Shown here one piece after another: positions 51,894-63,600 of a DNA stretch of 64,000 nt. This DNA is from Piromyces finnis finn (taxonomy: Eukaryota > Fungi > Neocallimastigomycota): positions 1-64,000 of the forward strand of contig MCFH01000058.1 in assembly GCA_002104945.1 (NCBI GenBank). The letters run 5' to 3'. The notes under the pieces were generated by a model. The model was given only the letters and a program-made list of their open reading frames with translations, did no database searches and was not told the origin of the DNA. Positions within the stretch are counted from its first letter, which is position 1; each line of letters begins with the position of its first letter. A program made the position numbers and the translations under genes.

Positions 51894-54800
51894 ATGGATG
51901 GTGTAGAGGGAATGTCACGGGTTCGAACCCCGGTGCTTCTCGAAAGCACTGAGGTCGAATCTAATCAGAATTTACAGGTTCAACAGGGGGATTCTATGAC
52001 CGCCCCTGTTGATCCTTCTTTCTTTTTTACTAATAATAGTGAGGTAAACCCAATGCAACACATTGAAGTTCTTCTTAATAGATGGGTTTCGGAAATATCT
52101 AGCCAGTTTGCTAGTATGGGAAACCGTCTGGGTGCTATGGAAGAACAACTGCGGGGTATTGAGGTTTACAAGAGCGAGATAAACGATGCTCTTCAGCAAA
52201 AATTTGTTGAAGTGGATCAAAGGTTGGAAGCAAATGAGTCAGCTAGCCAAGTTAGCTTGGAAGAGCTGCATGCTGTGGAAAATGCCTTTACCGCAGAACA
52301 TGAGGAAAGGTTACAAGACCACCAGCAAGTGCTAAACAACCAAGAAACGTTGTACCGTCAATCTAGTGCCTTTGTCTCTTATAAAAAAGAGCTTGAAGAA
52401 GAGATGGCCAGATTGAGGGAGCAACGAAACGCTCTAGAAGAAAGAGAAAAATTGTTCGAGGCTAAAGTCGAAGCCATGAACAGAAGAGCTGAAGCCAGAG
52501 CTCATGAAAGAACATCCTATCAAACCGGTGGTACGGGTAATCCTCATGGTGCTGGAACTAGTAGTAGCACCAACCCTACGGAATACTCCGAGGATGGGGA
52601 CGTGAAGATGTTCGACTGGCGAGTACATAGGTATGAAGAAAAAGTGCCTATGTTTGATAATAATGGGATAGACTTAGAGGGTTTTCAAGAGAAGTGCTTA
52701 CGTCATTTCAAACGTTATCCATATGACTATGGTAACGACGAAAAGGCAAAGGTTAGCTTCATTGAAGATCATCTAGGTGGGAAAGTATTGAGATGGTATA
52801 GACTTAGAGAGAGGATGCTGCAGCGTAGGAATCCTGATGCTGAAAGACTATTCCTCCACCTTCAAGATAAGTTTCCACCAGAGTCTCCCCATGAACTCTG
52901 CAAGTCAAAGTTGCTTAAACTCACACATGAGTGGGGAAAAGCATACGACTACTTGGAAGAGTTCAATGAATTGACGGAAACACTTGGGCTTCCTGAAAAT
53001 GTTAGGAGACAGGTGTTAATACAACAGGTCAGGCCTTCTGTCAGGGAAGCGTTCTATGATATCCCTGAACAGGAACGTACGCTGGAAACATTAAGTGAAG
53101 TCTTGTTAAAGTGCGATGATCACCAAGCAGTCTTCCGTAATGAAACCATAGAAAAGTACGACAAAAGAGACCGCCAGACCACTATTATGGCCTTGTTGGA
53201 CATCACAGACCCATGTAGACCATCTAGATGGGCTGAGTTAAAGCAGAAGAACAACAAGCCAAATAATAAGCCTAAAGTTGAGCAGACCAACACTCAGGCT
53301 TACGCAAAAAACAATAACGGTATTAAAGAACGTCGTGAATCATTAAATAAGTCAAGCTTTAGAAGAAGTTCTAGCTTCCAACCAAGTCAAGGACCTTCTA
53401 GTATGGGAAATAACCCATTACCTAAGGCTATGGCAAGTCAAACGACGGTTAATAACAGCTACTACAGTCAGAACCAATTAGTAGCTGAAATAAATGCAAG
53501 AAGCAACCCTCGAGATATAAAAAGGGTAGAAGTCTTGTATGATACTGGTTCCACTACAAACCTCATTCACCCAAATTTAGCAAAGAAGCTCGGGTTAAAG
53601 GTAGTGGACAAACCAGCCATATTCAGAACTGTGAATGGTGATATCGAATTAAAGCAGTTCTCAGATGACTTGCAGTTGAAGTTATGGTTAACTCCATCTG
53701 GCGAACAAGAAGCTAAACCATACTGCTTCAACACAAGTTGCCACCTGTCCGACAATATGCCGGAGATGATCATTGTGGGACTGGGCTTCATGGATGAGCA
53801 CTTTATCTACAGAGGTTATGATAAAGATGCACAAGTGAGGTACTTCGTAGTAGATAATGATAAGGATAAAGGACACACCAATAGTTATGGTGTAAATGGC
53901 GGCAATATCTACTACTGTACTCAATTAAGTCCCATCACTACAGTTACGAATGCAAAGGCAAGAAGGCCTCTGGTAACTGTAACCGCAGAAAACATTGAAG
54001 CCGAAATCGTGGGTAATGGTAGCCACAAGGCTACAAAAGAAACCAGAAACGGAAGTTCCGGAGGGTTGACACGAAGTTCTGACTTAGAGAAAAATCCCGT
54101 TTCAGTAGGGTTGGTACAGAGTGTTGACTTAGAGAAAAAATGTGATTCCGGAGGGTTGGCATTTGAATCCAACTTAGAGAAAACTTGTGTTTCAGTAGGG
54201 TTGGTACAAGAGTCGAACTTAGAGAAAAATCACATTTATGTAGGGTTGGTACAGGAAGAAAACTTAAACGAAAATCAACCTACACCTGAAGAAATCGTGG
54301 AGAAGTACTACTACAATTTCAAAGAAGCATTTAATGAAGAAATAGCTAACCAGCTACCAGAACACCGTCCTTACGACTGTAAGATCGACCTGGAGCCGGA
54401 TGCTAGTCTTCATAAAGGGCCTATATATCCCTTCAATCCAGAAGAGGAAAAAGCACTGAAGGAATATATAGAGGAAAACCTGGCAAAGGGCTTCATCAGG
54501 AAGTCAGAAAGTCCTGCAGGTTATCCTGTGTTATTCGTGCCCAAAAAGAGTGGTGAAAGACGATTATGTACTGATTATAGGCGTCTTAATAAGGTAACAG
54601 TGCGTAACTCCTTCCCCTTACCACTCATCAGTCAAGTGTTTGAGGCTATGAAAGGCGCGACTATCTTCTCCAAGTTGGATTTGAAGTCTGCCTACAACCT
54701 CGTGCGTATTCGTGAAGGTGATGAATACAAGACGGCATTCTCAACCAAGTTTGGGCATTATGAATATCTAGTGATGCCATTTGGGTTGACTAATGCTCCT

Positions 54801-57281
54801 GCCACGTTCCAAGGGTTCATTAATACGGTGCTGGCAGAGGAAATCAATGATTGCTGTCAAGTGTACTTGGATGATATCATCATCTACTCCAAGTCACTTG
54901 AAGAGCATGTAGGGCATGTAAAAAGAGTCCTACAAAAGCTAATAGATAATCGTCTAGTAGCTAAGTTGGCGAAGTGTGAGTTCCACAAGGAAGAACTTGC
55001 ATTCCTGGGTCATGTAGTTGGAAAATATGGTATTAAAACCGACCCAGAAAAGTTAAAAGCTGTAGCAAGTTGGCCACAACCAACCAACCTCAAAGAACTA
55101 CAGTCATTCCTTGGATTCTGCAACTATTATAGGAAGTTTATAAAGGACTTCTCTAAGATAGCAAGGCCGTTATATGCTATGACGTCCAAAAAGGTACAGT
55201 TCCTGTGGAATGAAGAACGCATCCAGGCGTTCGAGAAGTTAAAAGAAATGCTGTTGTCTCCACCAGTATTAGCATATCCTGACCATGACCGTCAGTTTAT
55301 AGTGGAGTGCGACGCTAGTAACTACGCAGTGGGTGGTGTATTATCACAACTAGGCGATGACAACGAATTACACCCTGTGTATTACTATTCCAAGAAGCTT
55401 ACGAAAGCAGAAATCAACTACTCCATCACGGAAAAGGAGTTGTTGGCTATTAGGAATGCTTTCATCGAGTGGCGACACCTGTTAATGGGTGCGAAACATA
55501 AGGTCCTAGTATATAGTGACCATAGGAATCTCCTGTTCGCCACAAAACCACAGTTGTTGACAGCAAGACAGGCAAGATGGCAAGAGCTGTTTGCTGCATA
55601 CAACTTCGAAATAATATATCGGCCAGGGAAAATGAATGGTAGAGCCGATATCCTATCAAGAATGGTATCTCCAGAACAGGTACAACTGGAGATGGAAAAA
55701 GCTAGCCTCCTTCGACCTGAACAGGTAAAAGAATTTCCACCCGTGGAAGAAGAGTGCTATGCGGTGTTAGAAGTAAGCTTTGTGGGAGAACTGAAACAAG
55801 CTTACAACACGGATGAGCTTGCTAGGGAAATTAGAGATGGTCTTGACGCAAAACGAGGCCACAAGCTCATCAAAAAGAAGTGGTTGATGGTTAATGGGTT
55901 GATTGTTAGAAAGGATGCACCAGAACGTACATATGTACCAAAGGTGTTAAGGGAAACAATCATAAAACTTAACCACGATAGTGAAACAGCAGGTCATCTG
56001 GGAAAAGATAAAACTTATGACCTGATAGCCAGAAACTACTACTGGCCAAAAATGAAGGATGACATTGCGGGATATATTAAAGCTTGTACCATATGTTGTA
56101 CCCAAAAGGACAACAGACACAAGCCGTACGGTAGCGCTGCTAGGGTAAAAGTTGCAGACTTACCTTGGCAAGAAGTAGAAATTGACTTCCTGACGGACCT
56201 ACCTATTAAGGAACGTAGAAAACCAGGTAGTAGTCCCTCAGAACCCCCAGAAGTCACTAGAAGAGGTTGTATCATGGTTTGTAGCGATAAGTTAACCAAG
56301 ATGATACACTTAGTGGGATTTAGGAGTATGCCTACTGCTAAAGAGACAGCCTTAGCATACTTACAACATGTATTCAAGTTACATGGTTGTCCCAAATCGG
56401 TTACTACGGATCGTGGTGTCCAGTTCACTAGTAAGTTGTGGAAGGACATTATGGGGTTCTTTGGCGTAGAAGTAAACCTTGCTACTACTGGCCATCATGA
56501 AACAGTTGGTCAGGTAGAACGTAACAACTCCTACGTAAGTATGTACCTTAGATGCTTTGTGAAGACCTTTGATGACGACGAATGGTTGAAGTACTTGTAC
56601 TTAGCTGAGTTCTGTTATAATAATGCAGTGCACAGTTCTACTAAGCAGTCCCCATTCCTAGCCTTGTATAACTACCAGGTACATATGAACCCTCAAGACT
56701 CAGAACTTGTCCACTCACTTGGTGAAGCTCCTATATTAGATAGCTTCGCTCACAACTTAGGTAACTTAAAGCACATGTTGGACATATCAAGAACACGGTT
56801 CTTAGACCATTTGGACCATAGAAGAGAACTTAACTACCCTAAAATTAGGCTCATGGATTTGGTGTGGTTAAGAAAACCAGGAAATTACAACCCTCTTCCC
56901 TTTTACAAGCTACAAGCAAGAAAGTACGGTCCCTTCAAGGTTATTGGAATTGATGAAAGCAAGCTCAACTACCGGTTAGATATCAGCAAGTCACCTTTCC
57001 CCAATGTCTACCCTGTGTTTCATATCAGTGAACTTGAACCCTACCATAACAAACCTGAAGAACTAACACCTGCACCAGTGGGCTACCAGAAAATTATCAA
57101 AATCATGAATGCCAGAAGAAAGAAGGATAACTACCAATACTTAGCTACCTTTAGTGACTTTAGACAAGAGTGGGTTGATGCCGATATCATTGACAAGAAC
57201 TCCCACTATGATAAGCTACTCAAGGAATTTCAAGATAAATGCTACCAGGAATTCATGGTTAGTGTCCAAAACCCTGCCTAG
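51894..57281 (+). CDS. D Gag-Pol single ORF with highly degenerate chromodomain-like C terminus
   Basis: 1795 aa; LYDTGS, KLDLKSAY, YLDD, HHCC, DDE, GPF; heptad-rich N-terminal Gag. Confidence 0.95.
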   Translation: MDGVEGMSRVRTPVLLESTEVESNQNLQVQQGDSMTAPVDPSFFFTNNSEVNPMQHIEVLLNRWVSEISSQFASMGNRLGAMEEQLRGIEVYKSEINDALQQKFVEVDQRLEANESASQVSLEELHAVENAFTAEHEERLQDHQQVLNNQETLYRQSSAFVSYKKELEEEMARLREQRNALEEREKLFEAKVEAMNRRAEARAHERTSYQTGGTGNPHGAGTSSSTNPTEYSEDGDVKMFDWRVHRYEEKVPMFDNNGIDLEGFQEKCLRHFKRYPYDYGNDEKAKVSFIEDHLGGKVLRWYRLRERMLQRRNPDAERLFLHLQDKFPPESPHELCKSKLLKLTHEWGKAYDYLEEFNELTETLGLPENVRRQVLIQQVRPSVREAFYDIPEQERTLETLSEVLLKCDDHQAVFRNETIEKYDKRDRQTTIMALLDITDPCRPSRWAELKQKNNKPNNKPKVEQTNTQAYAKNNNGIKERRESLNKSSFRRSSSFQPSQGPSSMGNNPLPKAMASQTTVNNSYYSQNQLVAEINARSNPRDIKRVEVLYDTGSTTNLIHPNLAKKLGLKVVDKPAIFRTVNGDIELKQFSDDLQLKLWLTPSGEQEAKPYCFNTSCHLSDNMPEMIIVGLGFMDEHFIYRGYDKDAQVRYFVVDNDKDKGHTNSYGVNGGNIYYCTQLSPITTVTNAKARRPLVTVTAENIEAEIVGNGSHKATKETRNGSSGGLTRSSDLEKNPVSVGLVQSVDLEKKCDSGGLAFESNLEKTCVSVGLVQESNLEKNHIYVGLVQEENLNENQPTPEEIVEKYYYNFKEAFNEEIANQLPEHRPYDCKIDLEPDASLHKGPIYPFNPEEEKALKEYIEENLAKGFIRKSESPAGYPVLFVPKKSGERRLCTDYRRLNKVTVRNSFPLPLISQVFEAMKGATIFSKLDLKSAYNLVRIREGDEYKTAFSTKFGHYEYLVMPFGLTNAPATFQGFINTVLAEEINDCCQVYLDDIIIYSKSLEEHVGHVKRVLQKLIDNRLVAKLAKCEFHKEELAFLGHVVGKYGIKTDPEKLKAVASWPQPTNLKELQSFLGFCNYYRKFIKDFSKIARPLYAMTSKKVQFLWNEERIQAFEKLKEMLLSPPVLAYPDHDRQFIVECDASNYAVGGVLSQLGDDNELHPVYYYSKKLTKAEINYSITEKELLAIRNAFIEWRHLLMGAKHKVLVYSDHRNLLFATKPQLLTARQARWQELFAAYNFEIIYRPGKMNGRADILSRMVSPEQVQLEMEKASLLRPEQVKEFPPVEEECYAVLEVSFVGELKQAYNTDELAREIRDGLDAKRGHKLIKKKWLMVNGLIVRKDAPERTYVPKVLRETIIKLNHDSETAGHLGKDKTYDLIARNYYWPKMKDDIAGYIKACTICCTQKDNRHKPYGSAARVKVADLPWQEVEIDFLTDLPIKERRKPGSSPSEPPEVTRRGCIMVCSDKLTKMIHLVGFRSMPTAKETALAYLQHVFKLHGCPKSVTTDRGVQFTSKLWKDIMGFFGVEVNLATTGHHETVGQVERNNSYVSMYLRCFVKTFDDDEWLKYLYLAEFCYNNAVHSSTKQSPFLALYNYQVHMNPQDSELVHSLGEAPILDSFAHNLGNLKHMLDISRTRFLDHLDHRRELNYPKIRLMDLVWLRKPGNYNPLPFYKLQARKYGPFKVIGIDESKLNYRLDISKSPFPNVYPVFHISELEPYHNKPEELTPAPVGYQKIIKIMNARRKKDNYQYLATFSDFRQEWVDADIIDKNSHYDKLLKEFQDKCYQEFMVSVQNPA

Positions 57282-57797
57282 GTTTTCTCCTTAGGGGGGC
57301 ATTGTAAGAAATATTTGTGGCCATAAGTTTGCCCACAAATATTTCAATTGAAACCATATATTCTGGTCACCATTTATTGGCCAAATATATGCATAACCAT
57401 ATATTAATGGTTATTAATTAAATAGGAAGTTTATTTGCTTTACCCAATCAAGTGGTAAAGAAAATAAACTCATATAGTTAAATAGTATAGTCAAAACTAA
57501 CGTTAAATACTTTAGCGTTAGTATTAAAGTAAATTAATAACTATAATAATAATTAATGTAGATAATTATAATCAATAAATAAAAGATATAATTAAAATAT
57601 AATTATTTAAGTAAAAGTTATTTCATAAAATATTTATAAGTGTTTATATTTATTTTAGTGTTATAATATTTATTTTCCTTCTTTTATTATTTTTTATAAA
57701 ACTTTATTTAGTTATTAACTCGTATAGAGAGGTAATAACTAACTTAATTAACTAATTTAATAACCTATTAACTAATATTATAATAAACCTTTTACAT

Positions 57798-58416
57798 TGT
57801 CACAATAACATATATAAAAATTTAAAAAATTTGGACACATGGAAAAAATTAAAAATTTTTTTTAAAATTTGAAAATTTGAAAATTTGAAAAAATTTATTT
57901 TTTAAATTTTTATTAAAAAATTTCAAAGTATAAAATTTCTAATATTTGAAATTATTAAATTTTTTAAAATTATTAAAATTTTATTATTAAAAATTTTAAT
58001 TTAAATTTATTAACTATTTACAATAATTATATTAATTATTAATTTATAAAAATTAAATATTTTATAATTAGATAATAATTAATTAAAATTAAAAAATGTA
58101 ATGATTAAAATTGTTCATGTATAAAAAGAACAAAAATTGACAAAAATTACGAAGCTTTAGCGTTAGTAATTTTTTAACCTAAAGTTAATAAAATTTATAA
58201 ACTCCTATAAAACCTAAAACTTTAAAAATTTTAATATTTTTAATAACTTAATATATGCTGATATTAAGTTATTGCTAAAATAAAAATATTATTTAAATTT
58301 CTTTATATAAATATTATAAGCTTTACGCCTTCAATAGGAAAGCGTATTATATTTATTAATTAATATAACTAGTGTGCTTACCACACTTTTCTTTAATAAA
58401 AAATCGCTTTTTGACA
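57798..58416 (+). mobile_element. Family F solo LTR (TGTCA...TGACA)
   Basis: 5-bp terminal inverted repeat; paralog at 9916-10490; strand inferred from TATAAAAA followed by AGCGTTAGTA, as in D. Confidence 0.82.
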
Positions 58417-58423
58417 GCAATTA

Positions 58424-58919
58424 TGTAAAAGGTTTATTATAATATTAGTTAATAGGTTATTAAATTAGTTAATTAAGTTAGTTATTACCTCTCTATACGA
58501 GTTAATAACTAAATAAAGTTTTATAAAAAATAATAAAAGAAGGAAAATAAATATTATAACACTAAAATAAATATAAACACTTATATAAATATTTTATGAA
58601 ATAACTTTTACTTAAATAATTATATTTTAATTATATCTTTTATTTATTGATTATAATTATCTACATTAATTATTATTATAGTTATTAATTTACTTTAATA
58701 CTAACGCTAAAGTATTTAACGTTAGTTTTGACTATACTATTTAACTATATGAGTTTATTTTCTTTACCACTTGATTGGGTAAAGCAAATAAACTTCCTAT
58801 TTAATTAATAACCATTAATATATGGTTATGCATATATTTGGCCAATAAATGGTGACCAGAATATATGGTTTCAATTGAAATATTTGTGGGCAAACTTATG
58901 GCCACAAATATTTCTTACA
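58424..58919 (-). mobile_element. Family D solo LTR
   Basis: Reverse complement of 57303-57796; TSD AATTA. Confidence 0.92.
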
Positions 58920-58926
58920 AATTATA

Positions 58927-59738
58927 TGATAAATAATGAAATTAATAAATATAAAATTATTATTATACCTGATTTTTAAGTTAACCCTAAAAGTAACTTA
59001 AAACAAGTTATAGTTTAATTAAGTACTTTACCAAAATTCTTAAATAAAATTAATCCTAAACACTACATATGTTTTGATTATTGAAAGAAAATAATAAACT
59101 TTAATTAATCGAGATCAAAATATATAACTTTTGTTAAATTAATTGTTAAATTAAATGTTTAATAACTTCGTTAGTAAATTACACTTTAAAAGTAAACAAA
59201 TATAATAATTCATGTTATAAAATAATATAATTAAACACCTTTATTAAAACATTAAAAATAATTATTACTTTAATTAATTGTAAAATAAACAACTTTTTAT
59301 ATTCTTTAACTTTTAATTATTTCTTTTATTGTTATTTCTAATTACTTTTATTACTTTTATTGTAAATAGTTATTAATTTTATTGTTTTAATGTAAATAGT
59401 TTAAATTTAAAAGAAAATATAAATACATGTAAATATTCTTATTTTAATCATTATTATTATTATTAATAAAGAAATATTATATAGTTAGATTAATATTTTA
59501 TAATTTTAATAATCACTTTTATACTTAAATAAATAAAAATTTTAAATATTTAAATATTAGAAAAACAAGTGTTTCTAATAAAACAATTTAGTGTTTTAAC
59601 AAAACAATTTTATTAATTTTTATAAAAACGATCTTAAATCTTAATCAATATAACTTATATAGTTATAACAAAAGATATAATATAATAATCACTTTTTGAA
59701 GTAAAATTCAAAATTAAGATTATTATCAAATTATATCA
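58927..59738 (+). mobile_element. Family B 5' LTR
   Basis: 812 bp, followed after 1 nt by a PBS. Confidence 0.9.
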
Positions 59739-59739
59739 A

Positions 59740-59756
59740 TGGTCCTTCGAACCGGA
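59740..59756 (+). promoter_or_regulatory. Primer-binding site complementary to the 3' end of a tRNA-Tyr-type tRNA
   Basis: TGGTCCTTCGAACCGGA is the complement of ...TCCGGTTCGAAGGA-CCA, resembling the eukaryotic tRNA-Tyr end (CCGGCTCGAAGGA). The host tRNA-Tyr is not in the window. Confidence 0.75.
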
Positions 59757-59771
59757 GAATCAAAATAAGGT

Positions 59772-60569
59772 TGTAACGAAATATTATAATAATAAACACA
59801 CACACTCTAATGTATCAAATATATGTATTTTTTTTTTAATAATGTTTATTTATTAAATTTATTATTATAATACGACTAACTCGCTAGGTCAGTGTATTAT
59901 CAAACTAAAGACGAAACAAAAAAAAACTAATTTTTATTAATTATTAATAAAAACACTAAAGAACTATTTTATCTTTCTTATTCTCTCTTTTATACATGAA
60001 AATTATTTTTTTTTTTTTTTTTTTTTTTAATACAATTTGATAAGTGAATTAATTACTTAATGATTGGTTATAAAAATATAATTATGAAATTTTCATTAAT
60101 CTAACCTTAATGATTTTCTAGTCTAACCCTTATCATTAGATATACCTCATTACAAGCTCCTCCTCTAAATTCGGATTCCAGACGAATTTATAAGCTAATA
60201 ATTTTTTTTTTTTTTTTTTTTTTTTTAAATAGGCAGTTGACTTCATATGAGAATTAAAAGGTGTGGTACAATGGTCGAGTAGTTGGCAATGAACTAGAAG
60301 GTTGTGGGTTCGAAGTCGGGGTTGGTAGAGTAACTTTGATGTAAGGCGGGTTGGCGCCAAGACTAAAGTATGTCCAACAAGTACTAGAGGTTTCATAGGC
60401 AAGGTTCCAATATGGCCGTTTGATAGTACTTGTTCTTGGTACGCTTGTAAGTCCAGTAAATCCCTATGGGAGCTTCGCCAAAACGGTATCGGTTAAGTTT
60501 ATTCTAAAAATTAATATTCCCTCATTTGTGTCTAAAAATTAATGAAAATTAGTTAATTTTATTATTATT

Positions 60570-60618
<49 letters not shown>

Positions 60619-63600
60619 GGGTCTTGTTGAATTCTCTTAGCTTTGCTGGACAGTTCAGATTTTCTTCGGGTTCCCATGAGGCTTCTGAAATAGGATATCC
60701 TTTCCATTTGATCAAGTACTGAGTTTTGTTATAGCGTCTTCTTTTGTCCAGAATTTCTTCTACTTCGTATTCCTCCTCTTCGTTTATAATGACAGGTGGT
60801 GGAGGTTGAACTTTTCGGTTTGTACTTTTCCCTTCGAAGTAAGGCTCGAGAGATGATTTATGGAATACCGGATCAATCTTCATGTTACCAGGGAGTTTCA
60901 ATTTAAATGAGACTTCTGATATTTGTTGTTCAATTTCATAGGGACCGAGTTTCCGAGGGGTGAATTTTTTATTTCCCTTAACTAAATTATTATTGATTAA
61001 CCATACCTTTTCTCCTGGTTTGAATGACGGGCCTGGTTGTCTATGTCTATTGGCGAAATGTTCTTGTTTCTTTTGGGCTTCCGAAAGGTTTTTCTTGAGG
61101 GTGCTGATAATTTCTTTTAATTCTTTTGTGTATTCTTCAGCTCTTGGAACTTCACTTGTTGTTGGAATTGTTGGATTAAAATTAGGATGGAAACCATAGT
61201 TCAAGAAGAAGGGTGTTTGTTTTGCAGATTCTTGAACTGAATTATTGTAACTAAATTCAGCTAGGCTTAAGTATTCGATCCAGTTAGTGCCTTTGTAATT
61301 TGAGAAGCAGCGTAGATATTGTTCTACAACGGAGTTCACTCTCTCCGTCTGGCCATTGGATTGGTGGTGATAAGCAGAAGAGTATTTCAAATCAATCTTG
61401 AGGGTAGCAAAGAATTTCTTCCAAAACTTTGAAGTGAACTGAGAACCTTGGTCGAGAACAATGTCGGAGGGGCATCCATGAAGTTTGAAGACGTTGTTAA
61501 TGAAAGCTTCGGCAGCACGTTCAGCAGAGGGAACTTTTTCAAGAGGGATAAAGTGAGCCATTTTTGTCAATCGATCAATGACAACGAAGATACAGGTAAA
61601 TCCACGAGAAGAGGGGAGGTCAGTGATAAAATCCATAGCAATGGAAGACCAGGGACGTTCACCTAAAGGAAGAGTGGATAATAACCCGTAAGGTTTATGT
61701 CTAGAGGATTTCGAACGACAGCAGACCTCACAAGAACGGACATAGTCCTTAACATCCTGATACATTTTGGGCCACCAGTAGTTACGGGAAATCAAGGATA
61801 AAGTTTTTGAAATACCAAAATGGCCGGCAGCAGGGGAGTCATGACAAGAAGACAGAATTTCAACTCGGCAATCATTAGGAACATAGATTTTATCTTGGAA
61901 AAGGAGGACGTTGTTACTAAGTTTGTAGTCAGAAGAACAATTATCATTGAGAAGTTGATTAGAAGTCTCAATGAAGAATTTGTCAAGTTTACAAGAGAGA
62001 GCAATTTTTTCAAGAAGAGAAGAAGGAGTGGATGAAGCAAAGCAGGAGCTGAAATTTTCGGGACGAAAGACAGAGTTATTAGAATCGGAATTGCAAGAGT
62101 GATCAAGATAGTCAGGTCTTCTTGACAAGGCATCGGTTTTCCCGTTCGAGGAACCAGGGCGATATTCAATGACAAAATCGAATTCAGCAAGGAAAAGGGA
62201 CCATCTAATTAATCTCTGAGTCATCTTCTCCGGTTTCTTCTGAAAAAGGAGGTTTCTGTGGTCTGATATAATTTTGAAAGGATGATTCGCACCTTTCAAA
62301 AAATGTCTCCACACTTCTAAGGACGCGACGATAGCCAAAAGTTCTTTATCATAGATAGGGTAGTTCTTCTCCGGGTTTGTAAGGGATCTAGAAAAGAACG
62401 CAACAGGGTGAAGAATATTGTCGGACTTGTTGACTTGAGACAATACAGCACCTATGGCGAAGTTACTTGCATCGGTTTCGACAACGAAAGGTAGGTCAAC
62501 ATCAGGATATGCAAGGATAGGCTGACTAATAAAATGCTTAACCAAAGCATCAAAAGCATCTTGAGCGGTATCGTTCCAAACGAAGGCGGTGTTCTTCTTG
62601 CAAAGTTGGTGGAGTGGGTGAGCAATCTTAGCAAAGCCAGGAATAAATCTACGATAATAGTTGGCTAAGCCTAGGAAAGATTGTAGCTCATGGACCGATT
62701 TAGGAGTCGGCCATTCCGCAATGGCTTTCACCTTATTAGGGTCCATTCCGATACCAGAGGCAGAGATTCTATGACCAAGGAAGTCAAGACAAGGAGAGTC
62801 GAATAGACATTTTTCAAGTTTAGCGTACAGTCCGGCTTCTTCGAGTCTACGAAGGACTTCATTGACGTGTTCATGATGTTCGGCTATATTATCAGAGAAA
62901 ATGATAATATCGTCAATATACGAAAAGACGAATTTACCGATAATGCCTTCAAGAACGTCGTTAATAAAATGTTGGAAGACTGCAGGAGCGTTCTTGAGAC
63001 CGAAAGGCATTACCAGATATTCGAAATGGCCAAATTGACAGGTGAAGGCGGTCTTATATTCATCGCCTTCTTTGATTCTTACCAAGTTATAGGCGGATCG
63101 AAGATCTAGCTTCGAGAACACCTTAGCTTTTCCTAGATGATCCAACATGTCTTGGATCAATGGGAGAGGGTACGAGTTCCTAATGGTGATTTCGTTCAAG
63201 CGGCGGTAGTCGATACACATACGAAGTTCTCCACTCTTCTTCGGGACAAACAGAACGGGAGCACCAGCTGGCGATTTGGATTTGCGGATAAACCCCTTTT
63301 TTAAATTTTCATTAATGGTTTCTTCTAATACCTTTGATTCTTTCTCAGTAAGTCGGTAGATTGGACCATAAAACAAGTTGCTATTTGGTCTCAGGTTGAT
63401 CTCACAGTCGTACGGGCGATGAGGAGGGAGTTTATCAGCGAGCCTTTCCTCGAACACTTTGGAGTGTTGAGAGTAGTGAATTGGAATTTGGGGTGACTCA
63501 ACTTCAGGTTCTTCTAAACAAGTGAATACATTGAAAGGGTATTCAGGTGTATTTCCAACTGACATTTCGTCCTTCGATTGGTCTTCGAGTTCAGAAGTGG

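Larger units (their letters stand above)
44864..57796 (+). mobile_element. Full-length Ty3/Gypsy element D with E nested in its leader
   Basis: LTRs 44864-45359 and 57303-57796, nearly identical; PPT AGGGGGGCAT; leader continuous across the E TSD; own TSD not evident (TAATT/TTGTC). Confidence 0.92.

Noticed and set aside
51869-51945. A real tRNA gene at the D gag start
   Set aside because: Only the T-arm is present; there is no cloverleaf and the A-box is too close. Kept only as a lone B-box.
12009-63109. Short antisense or alternate-frame ORFs over the pol genes (possible env or accessory genes)
   Set aside because: All are under about 140 aa, have no recognisable motif, and are expected from the higher GC of coding DNA.
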